Assembly: GCA_038087875.1 (NCBI GenBank)
Contig: CM076000.1
Location: 1,550,001-1,614,000, forward strand
DNA length: 64,000 bases
Source: Malacoraja senta
Taxonomy: Eukaryota
Direction of reading: 5' to 3'
The notes below the pieces were generated by a model. That model made no database searches. It saw only the letters and a program-made list of their open reading frames with translations, and was not told where the DNA came from. A program made the position numbers and the translations under genes. Each line of letters opens with the position of its first letter. Positions within the stretch are counted from its first letter, which is position 1. Of the stretch, positions 36,741-47,344 are shown piece by piece.

Positions 36741-38649
36741 GACGTTTTGCGGTGATGGCTGCATCTGCGGTTCCTTTCTGTTGGGGGTGGGCGGGGGTGG
36801 AGAGTCCTGACCCGTGGCGGCTCCTGATAAGATATAGTGTTTAAGAAGGAACTGCAGATGCTGGAAAATCGAAGGTAGACTTTGGAGGCAGGGTGTTGGT
36901 GGAAGGAGAGTGGTACATTTGACAGCTGCCGTACGTGTTCGAACAATGGGCTGCCGTAATGGGCTTGCCTTGGCATACATTTCTTGTATTTGTTATGTTA
37001 TTAGAAATATTAGCACAAGACCCAATAATAAAAAATAATAAATCTCCAGCGGTCTTGTCTCTGTGTGATACACGGAACCATGTCCGTATGTGGTGCAGTA
37101 CAATACTGGAGATTTTAAAGTTAGTTAAAATATGTCACCTGCCCTGTTTCAGCTTTTTTGACCGAGGTCAATATTAATAACACTCACGAGGCCGTAGGCT
37201 TCCATAGCCAAGCGTTGTCCATTCTTTTTCTCCAGGGATGCTGCCTGTCCCGTTGAGTTACTCCAGCTTTTTGTGTCTATCTGTAGCCTAGCGTTATTCG
37301 GCCGAGTGATCCTTGGACCCTGTGTTTTTTGTTTGGCTCTGAAGTTGAAGGACACCCCTGTGTCTACCTTCAACTCCCTGTCTGTGGTGGCTCAGCGGGA
37401 CGGGCAGGAGCTCTGGGGAGAGGGTTGCGTTTCTGGTCAAGACCCTTCAGGCAATCACAAGTACTCTCACCGGCGAGAGTTCAGTTCAGTCTGAAGAAGG
37501 GTCTGCTCTCCAGAGTCGCTGCGCTGCCTGTCCTGCTGAGCTACTCCAGCTTTAGTCTATCTTCAATTTCAGAGTTAGATAAAATTTATCATGGGGGGGC
37601 TTATAGCGTCTACCCCCCCCTCCCACCCCCTTCCTTCCCAACCTCACGGACCTTAACGTACCCTAGTTCCTAAAACCCATTTACATCACTGATCTGGCAT
37701 ATAAATTCATGACAGAGATTTAAAAATCATGTTATATTCTTGTGTGAATGGGATTACTTTGTTATTTGGATACTTAGGCTATTTTTAAAAATCATCCTTT
37801 TCTTAAGAAATTGAATCTACAGGACATTCTTAATGGAAAAGTAGTGGGCAGAAAGGCATGTCATGCGTGGTTTGAAGAGCAAAAACTTGTAGTTTACAAT
37901 GCAAAAATTGAAAAGTTGAGGAAAAACAAGGTGTACAGAGTTGTTTATTGGTTACAATCTGAGGAGTATGATGATGCTACTGATTATGGTATGCGAATGT
38001 ACCAGCTAGCAACTGATCTTCTCCATAAAGACCTGGTCTATTGCTAGAAATTGTAATTTATTTACCTATCTGTTATGGACTTACAGCATTTAATACAATA
38101 ATATTAAAGTTCTGATCTTGAGAATATCACATTTTTGAATTTTCAAGGCAGTTTGGGTGTTTATTACTATTTCCGTCACAACGGTCAATTTTGTAATTAG
38201 CTACAATTAGATAATTAACTAATTATATGCTTTAATTTCTGGTCATCCAAGTAAGATGTTTTATATTCGTTTCAGAATGCTTCAATCTATAATAACTGAA
38301 AATTTCATTCAGTTCTCTTAATTTTTAAGGAAGTTATGGGCTTTTGACTGACCTCGATCACAGCTTTTGTGTTAAGTCAATGGAAAAGCAATAGGGAACA
38401 AGATGCTAATTTCCGAGTATGAAAATGGCCATAACTTTTTTGATACTGAAGATATGAAAGTGAATTAAGTGTCAAATTAAACTTCTTTTTATGCTTTATC
38501 TGATGGGATAAATTGCAGACTTGATTTTTAAAATCTAAAAATGTTGTAACATTGCTAGAAAATGTACCTGCATCTTGGAGGCCGAAGGTTAGGTTGTTAG
38601 CCAAGAAAGATAGACTTCGTTATCCCTCAGTACAGCAACATCAAGAACG

Positions 38650-39119
38650 ATGCAGACTGATTCCTGGGATGTCAGGACTGTCTTATGAAGAAAGACTGGA
38701 TAGACTTGGTTTATACTCTCTAGAATTTAGGAGATTGAGAGGGGATCTTATAGAAACTTACAAAATTCTTAAGGGGTTGGACAGGCTAGATGCAGGAAGA
38801 TTGCTCCCGATGTTGGGGAAGTCCAGGACAAGGGGTCACAGCTTAAGGATAAGGGGGAAATCCTTTAAAACCGAGATGAGAAGAACTTTTTTCACACAGA
38901 AAGTGGTGAATCTCTGGAACTCTCTGCCACAGAGGGTAGTCGACGCCAGTTCATTGGCTATATTTAAGAGGGAGCTAGATGTGGCCCTTGTGGCTAAAGG
39001 GATCAGAGGGTATGGAGAGAAGGCAGGTACGGGATACTGAGTTGGATGATCAGCCATGATCATATTGAATGGCCGAATGGCCTACTCCTGCACCTAATTT
39101 CTATGTTTCTATGTTTCTA
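38650..39119 (+). mobile_element. Young CR1 LINE 3' end
   Basis: Uninterrupted RLIPGMSGLSYEERLDRLGLYSLEFRRLRGDLIETYKI...; (tttctatg)n tail. Confidence 0.93.
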
Positions 39120-40439
39120 TACTGAGGGATAGCCAAGTCTACCCCTCATTGCTTGCAGCTGATGGGAAGCGGCTGCAAAAGGACAGCGCTGCTGGGGTGG
39201 GGGGAAGTTCCTTTCCCAGTGTGTGGGTAGTCTGGCCAGGGGTAAAGTTGCGGGGAGGGCAGGAGCGTTGAGAAGGAGGGGGTCGGGGATCATGCCAGCA
39301 TCCAGCTCAAGAGCGGTTCAGCGGGCGATGGATAACAGGACAGCGGGTGGTGGAGCTTACTCCATATGTCAGGGCGAGTAACCTCAATTGATCCCTTGTT
39401 CGCGCTGAAACAGGAGTAAGCTCCACCGCCCGCTGTGATGTTATTCATCACCCGCTGACCCACCCTGCTCTATGATCTTTGCTCTTGAGCTCGTCCCCTC
39501 ACTGTTCAGAGAGCACTGCCAGAGATGAGCGGGCCGGCAGAAGGCGCTGAGATGGCAGTCGGTTCCGCTGTCTGGTGATGGCAGCCGCTCATAGCCACGC
39601 AAGCTGCTTCCCTCCCTGGCCACAATGCGGTGGCTCCGTGCCCGGAGCGCCGCAGCAGCGGTGAGTGAGTGGGTTACTGGCATGAACCCCGACCCCCTCC
39701 TTCTCAACGCTCCTGCCCTCCCCTCAACTTTACCCCTGGCTAGACTCCCCAGATGCTGTGAAAGGAACTCTCCCCCCAATTGGTCCCTTGAACTAGTATA
39801 GTCATTCAATAAGATGACAACTGATTCAACTTGTCCTGGTGTGCTCCCGTTTTTCCCACCATCTTTCCACCTGCCGTCACCCTCCAATCATTCAGTAATT
39901 CAAAAAGAAGGAGATTTGGAAGCCTTGGGCAAATTGAATTGTTACTTTATTTATTTTTATTTTTTACGGAGAGAACAATCTGCGCATGCAGATTTTTTAA
40001 AAGCCGACTGTCATATTACTCACGACACATGCCTGAATATGACTCATTTATAATTATATATTTACATTTCTATGAAAATTGTTCCCAATTGGGCCCCGCA
40101 CCTCCTAAGGCCGGCCCTCAATGGCTTCAAGTACATGAGAACACCACCATCTGCAGGTTCCCCTCCAGATTGAGCACCATTCCGATTGAAAATATACTGC
40201 TGTCTCTCCATTGTCACTGGATCCAAATGGCAGACCTTCCTTCCCAATAGTGTGAGTATCTTCATTAGAAGCATGAAAGTGGGTTACACTTCCCACTTTT
40301 CCAAGGGCATTTGAGGATGAGAAATAAATGCCGACTTTACCAGCAATGTTAAGAAACCCCCTCCTCCCTGAAAAAATTGAACGAATAAACATTCTCACTG
40401 AATGGTAACAAGATCAGGATAATTTTTTAAATCATCGTT

Positions 40440-42603
40440 GGGTTTCATTTATTCTTACTGACAAGTTTGACTGAACAAAATAAGAGCAGTATAATATATA
40501 GAGAATGTAGAGATGACAGAATACGGTGTGAAACAAGCATATTACCTGTGCCAGCTTTTATTTGGCTATCTTTGGGAACAAAGATAATTTATACAACTCA
40601 GACACATGTCATGCTAAGTCACAATGCAATTCAGCTATGTCTGCTAGTTCTAACTTGATTACATTTTCTTCATATTAATAACTGAAACCAATGTTATTAC
40701 AGCATGACGATCTTCAGGACAAATTCCACGGAAGTAGTTTTAACTGTCCATCAGCACAAAAGAAAGGGAAGAAAAGATGCTGATAAAGACAGGTGGAGTG
40801 CACATCATTTAGTTTATACTTCAATTCATATTAAACTATATTCTAATATTTTCAACATTTTATTTGGATAATCTCTTGGTAAACATCATCAATGCAACAT
40901 CCATTGTTGATTAGATATCAATGTTGTAATCTTGTATAGATCTTTTTTGGATAAACTTACTCGTTGGCTTAATACTGTCACAACTTTCATGATTGCAGAT
41001 TTTTTTTCTGCATAATATCACAATGTATTATTTACAATGCATTATTATCGTAAAAACTTTATATCAGTAACACATTTGTGTCTATAGAATGTATCTGAAC
41101 CCTGTTGAAAAAAAGTTGAAGGTAAAAAAAATGTTAAAATTGCGCAAACATACTTTGCTGTGGCTTTAAAATACATTCACTTATCATGGTAATGGTATAA
41201 AAACATAGCAAATATTGAGAATGTCATCCATTTCCTTTATGAACTGTCCAATTCAGACACTGCAACTATCAATCCACGTAAACTTTGCAACATACATCCC
41301 ACCAAATAATTTACAAATTAGTTATGGAAGCCAGAGGATCATTTTTGAATCAGAATCATCTCTTTTCTTATTTCAATTCTGAAATTTACAATTTTGTTTG
41401 TTTGCTTGCTTGGATTGCAACTTTTGCACTTTGATAATTACAATGTGGTTATGGGTTATGCAGTGCTTCAGTCCAACTTTAAGACATTTTAAAGTTGAAT
41501 CATGAATTCTAATATCTGTTAAAATACTTTTAAAATCAAACCTTTCCCAAACCATTTCAGATTTATATCTAAATTAATTGGTATGTACTAGATGCCACTA
41601 ACTACAAATGATTGATTGGTACTATGTAAATTAATTTTAAAAAGTTAATTGCCATATATAAAAAGACAACTTGCAATCTTGATTACTAGCAATCTTGACA
41701 ACATATTAAAAAAAAGAAAAAGCTTAAACAATGTGGCATTTGTAAACCACTCTTCATTCATTGCCAACAATAAATATGTTTCATAAACAGTAACTGCTCT
41801 TTGGTGCACAGCAGCTCTGATTAACAATATGTATACAAATACATTAAACATTAGTGCAGCAAGTTTGTTTTCCAAAATTTCTTGCATAAATTTAAAGTAA
41901 TAACACCCCCCCCTCCCCTCAAGATAATTGGCTTTTGCATAAAATATAGATCTGCATTTGATTTTATGGTATAGCTTGCAATCATTTATCATTATTTTTA
42001 AGTTCCTTGCAGGTTCAATTCATGATTATTATAGAGGTTGGGTCTTGCATCCCATTATACAAGGTATCTGGTTTATATATTGCTTAGTAAAATGTTATTA
42101 CTAAAGTAATTATTTTCAGCGCCTGTTATTTCCAATAACAGTATAACCTGGCAGTAGGGGAGGTAAAAGTCAACTCTTCTGATAGATTAAAAATATCTAA
42201 ACAGCCAACCAAATAAAAAAAGTTGTGTGATTGGACATTTCAAATCACAATTACAGGTTACCTACTCTAAGACTACTGTGTTACAGGATACAAATTATAT
42301 TAATAGTTTTATTATCTGGTCAGCTGTTCATGTAGTGATGATTAGTGGCTTGATAATTTAGAGCCCAGTATTACAGTTGTATCACCCATCACAGTGTCAG
42401 TGGGCACTAAGCCAAGTTATCATTTAAGGCAACAAGCGATGGTAATTTTAAATATATTGCCTTTCTCAACAGTAGTAATACTGCTAATGACTGTTACACA
42501 GCACACACATTCCTGATACAGAAGTTGGTCACCAGTATCCAACAGTTTCCTCTTCCAGAGAAGTGAGCAGCATTCCAATTTCAACCTCTGGTACCAGAAA
42601 CAT
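40440..42603 (-). other. ZDHHC20: Probable ZDHHC20 terminal exon (short tail DVSGTRG* at 42603-42581, then ~2.1 kb 3'UTR)
   Basis: tttttccatag acceptor in phase with the 45785 donor; AT-rich block with no recognisable repeats; AATAAA on - at 40453-40448. Confidence 0.5.
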
Positions 42604-42724
42604 CTATGGAAAAACATTGACACTAGTTTGAAAAGTAACAAAACAAAATGTGAACAGAATTCATCTTAAGGTACTTAGCACAAAATCCAGTATCTTTTTC
42701 CCTTTCCACTTAATGCCCCCGATA

Positions 42725-43060
42725 TTGTTTAGTTCAGTTTTAGTTTCAGGTACAGCATGGAAACAGGCCAATCTACCCACCGAGTCCACAGCAACCATTG
42801 ATCACTCATTCAGATTAGTTCTATGTTATCGCACTTTCACATCCACTCCCCGCACACCAGGGGCAATTTACAGAGGCCAATTAACCTACAAACCCGCACA
42901 TCTTTAGGATGTGGGAGGAAACCAGAGCACCTGGATGAAACTCAAGCGGTAACAGGGAGAACGTACTAACTCAACACAGACGGCAGCCAAGGTCGGGATC
43001 GAACTTGGGTCACTGGTGCTATGAGGCAGTAGTTCTACCAGCTGTGCCACAGTGCAGCCC
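42725..43060 (-). mobile_element. HE1-like V-SINE, near full length
   Basis: tRNA-like head with A/B-box-like motifs, V-domain and aaact-repeat tail. Confidence 0.85.
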
Positions 43061-43779
43061 TTATGTTGATAAGTGGCTGCAAATACCTTTATTTCAGATT
43101 TTACATTATCCTCATATAGGGGAGAAGAGCAGAAGGAGAAGGAAAAGCAAAAAAGACTCCACAAGGCTAACATAGTTCAAAAAGGCAACAAAATAATAAA
43201 ATGTACCTAGACACAATTACATTGTCCTCTTTGATAGGATTACTTTATCTATAGTATATGAAGCCTAGTATAAATAGTGTCAAAATATTAATTACTACAA
43301 TTTCCAGTTAATCTAATAATGCATCACACTGTGAGAATAAATATTGAATTCAATATACAAATGATCATATTCTTCTGTGATATTATCATGTTTGGAATCA
43401 GCAGCATTTATTAATTTTACCTTTGCTATGTTGAACGTTTTGTAGATTCCTGGTCAATTGAAATCGAGACATTTTGATTTGGGACTGCACGTGCTGGTGA
43501 GATAAGAAATAAAGCATTTTGAACTTTAAAACATTCTTGTTATTTTGAAGCTTTTCAGTAAAATATTTAGAAACAGAAATTTTACAGCAATAGCTAACCC
43601 CAGTCCTGCTGGAGAGGTCCAATAAACTCAAGATAGTGGGCTTAGAATCTCTTTATAGTTTGGTCAATAATATGGGAGGAGCCCACTGATGATATGTAGT
43701 ATGGGCTTCTAAATATAACATAGCAGTCCTCTAATATGTATAGAATTGTAAGCTTCAAGACAGGGGAGATATTGGTTTA

Positions 43780-44165
43780 TTACTGTCACGCATAATGAGA
43801 TAGTGAAAGGGCTGCTATGAGGTAACTTGAAAGATTGGGGCTACACTCTTAGCTTATATGTGGACCGTTCAGTAGTCTGATAACACTGGGAAGAAGCTGT
43901 TCCCGAATCTGTTGGTACGCGTTTTCGACCTTTTGTTATCTTCTGCTTTCCTTTAGTATTGATGGAGTCGATGGATGGGGGGTATGTGGGGAAGGTAGGA
44001 GGCTGATTTGTGTGATGGACTCGGCTGCATCTACAACTCTACAATTTCTTGTGATCTTGGGCAGAGTTGTTGCCAAACCAAGCTCTGATGCATCCCAATA
44101 GGATGCTTCAGTAGAAGTTGGTAAGAGTTATTGGAGACATGCTGAATGTCTTTAGTCTTCTGATG
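43780..44165 (-). mobile_element. Degenerate Rex1/Babar-type LINE 3' fragment
   Basis: Similar to 59660-60180 and the 63.7-63.9 kb fragment. Confidence 0.55.
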
Positions 44166-44169
44166 AAGT

Positions 44170-44965
44170 CACACATACAGCATGGAAACAGGCTATTTGG
44201 CCCAACTCATTCAACTGACCAGGACACCCCATCAAAGCTAGTTCCATTTGCCTGGGCCTGGCCACATTCCTCTCACCCTTTCCTATCCATGTATCTGTCC
44301 ATACGTCTTTTAAACATTGTTATGGTTCCTGCCTCATTAACTTCCTCTGGCAGCTCATTACATAAACCCACCATCCGTTGTGTCCCCTCGGGTTCCTTGT
44401 ATATCTTTCCCCTTTCACCTTAAATCTATGCCATCTAGATCCTCTGGGGAAAAATGACTATACTCACCTTATCTATTCCCCATATAGTTTCATACACCTC
44501 TGCAAGATCACACCTAAGCCTCCTGTGCTCCAAGGAATAAAGTCCTGGCCTGCCCAACTCTCCCTATAGTTCAGACACTCAAGTGTAAATCTTCTTTGTA
44601 CTCATTCTGCTTTTTAGGCATTTTTCCTTTAGCAAGGTGACCAAAACTAAACACAATACTCCATGCATGGCCTCATCAATGTCTTGTACATGTGTAACAT
44701 GATGCCCCAACATCTGTACTCAAATGTCTAACTGAAGAAGTTCCGCATGCCAAAAAGCCTTCATCACCCTATCAACCCGCAACACCATTTTGTACACTTA
44801 GATCCCTCTATACCACAACACTAACCAGGGCCCTTCTGTTCACTGTGAATGTCCTGCCCTGGTTTGACTTCCAAAAATGTGCAACACTTCACACTTGTCT
44901 CAATTAAGTTCTATTAACCATTCCTTGGCTCACTTGATCAGTTGAGCAAGATCCCCATGTAATTC
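44170..44965 (-). mobile_element. CR1 LINE 3' fragment
   Basis: Similar to 12225-12890. Confidence 0.8.
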
Positions 44966-45784
44966 GTGTTAGACCTTAATTCTTCAGGTTTCATTATTGT
45001 AGCATATTTTGTATAACATTTAAAAAAAAAGTGATTTCTGACATCTCTAAATGTCAGAAATGACATTTTCAAAAAACTTTATACAAAATACAATCTTTTT
45101 CTCCATATATCTTTTCCATGTGCAGGTAAACATCCAATTCATCCCCTCCAATTTTTGCTTCCTTTTCAGTATTTTCTCTATTAATTTCACAATCCTTAAA
45201 GTCATTTGGTGAAGGATACAGTGACTGGTCAGTGTCGTTGTCACTTAAATGGGTCATCATTTCATGAAGATAATAATTTAATCAAGATATGAGATATAGA
45301 AACAGCAAGTCTACAATACATTGGATGTTCATAAAAGGCCAAGCAGAGATACTTTAAATGAAAATCAAAACGGCAGATGCTGGTAATCTGAAAGAAAATC
45401 AGCAAATGTTTAAAAAAAAACACCTCAGCATCTGGGGAAAGAGAAACAGTTACCATTTCAGGTCCAGGGCTCTTCGTCAGAACTTGTAGGAGAGATAGAC
45501 AACATGACTGTTTCCAGTAATTTTTGTAAATTTGAGTAATACTTTAAGCCCAAAACAAAATGTAGTTAAGTTTAGGTGCCATATATAACTTAGTTCTCTA
45601 AAATGAGTGTAACAGATCAGAGATCAGTGTTTAGACAGAATGTATCTAGCAGCGAGATAGATTGGTGTATTTTTAAGCCAAATTAGCAGACATAAATGAT
45701 AAAAATCGGTTAACTTCTTTTTAGAGTAAAAGTTGGAATATCAAGCAGCTAGAAATGACTTAAAGATCGTGGAAAAAAAATTAC

Positions 45785-45900
45785 CCTTGGAACTGTCTTC
45801 ATCTGACTCGTCATCTATCCAGTGTTGATCTATCCCTCCTAACAATCGGTTTTGAGATTCACTCAATGGTCTAGGAGGAAGTGACTGTCCATCTGCAATG
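45785..45900 (-). CDS. ZDHHC20: ZDHHC20 coding exon (IADGQSLPPRPLSESQNRLLGGIDQHWIDDESDEDSSK)
   Basis: 116 nt; PLSESxNRLL motif of the DHHC20 C-terminal tail; AG/GT bounded. Confidence 0.92.
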
Positions 45901-47254
45901 CTGTGACAATGAATAGTAATTACGATTACAAAGCTTCAGAAAAGTCATTGCAGTCATCTCAAAGTGCTTCTCAGGAGTATAACCAGACAAATAGTCAAAG
46001 CTGAAGGCTTGACACCCAATAGATGGGTGAAGTGGTCACGTGGGATTTAGAGGGATGGTAAATTCAGAGTTGCAGGACTCCAGATGGTGAACTGTGTTAC
46101 TGAAAATGAAAAGAGTATTCAATTTTTCCACCTTTGACAGCTTTCAATACTTATTATTATGCTATGAATAAGTATTAAATACTTTACACTGAAGATATTT
46201 GGGAGAGAAACATTTCCAGTAATTTCCACTGTAGCACTGCAATGTAGTTAATTCCCATTGCAAGTTGAATTGTTTTTGCTAGTGGAAGGAGAGAAAAAAA
46301 TGGGGATGAGAGGTAGGAATGGGGGGGGGGGGGGAAGTTGGCAGAGAGAAGATTGAATAGGCTATGAAGGAGAGGTGGGAGGGAAGAGTAGAGGGAATAA
46401 TATATTAGAGGAATGGGAGGGAGAACTGAGAAACAGAGGCAAGAAGTAAGGCATCTCTTCATTTTCCTTGTGACCCCTTCTTTTTCTCTCACTCCATTTT
46501 TCTATCCTTCCCTCTTTTTCTTACTCCCACGGAGCAGGAAGGATCCACAACAAGAATTTCCTACATTTAAAGTCCATGGATGAGGTCAGCAATGGGAAGG
46601 AAAGAGATTGGATAAATCAAATAGTGGTCCTGGTTATCCTGTATAAGTAGGACTTCTTTTATTTGACTTATCCTGTCCCATATGTGGTCTTATAAAGGCA
46701 GATGACAACCTGCTTCTGTGAGACGATGGCTGCCATTCTTTGTACTCTGTGTGTGAAGCCTTTAAGTATATGGAGATTGGAGATAAATTGTAAATTTAAA
46801 AATATGGCCCCAACTTCAAATTTGGGTATTTTAATTATACGGCAATACATCTGTAAAAGATTTGGTCAGACACAATAAAATGGATGAGAGTGTGCGCTAA
46901 GCTTGCAAAACAATTAAATGGGTCAGCCATAGTTGAACTAATGAAGCTAATCTTAAAACAAATAGTTAGTCGTGTTACACGGCTTTGAGGGAAAATGCAT
47001 ACTTATTCTCACAATTAAAGTCAGAAGTCAATGCACATTGGTGTCTTCAATTGAAATTCAAAGTAAATTTGTCTTCAACAGATATTTAACCTTGCATTTG
47101 GAAGTTTATCTATTACTGTTTACTTGAACAATTTTTCAATTATAGTTTGGAGCTAACAAAAAAAATTTAACTTGCAGTAACAAGATAAATTAAAGGGAAT
47201 ATTATCATTAATACTCATGTTAGGAGATGAATACAAAAGTAATAGTACATATAC

Positions 47255-47344
47255 TTTTTGACAGGTTCACTGCTGTTGATTGTATTGGGCTGCTCTACAT
47301 CCTGATTGACTAGGCGAGTTGGATAAGAACACCCATCACCTTGG
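47255..47344 (-). CDS. ZDHHC20: ZDHHC20 coding exon (QGDGCSYPTRLVNQDVEQPNTINSSEPVK)
   Basis: 90 nt; GDGCSxPTRLV motif; ttcag acceptor and gtatat donor. Confidence 0.93.
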
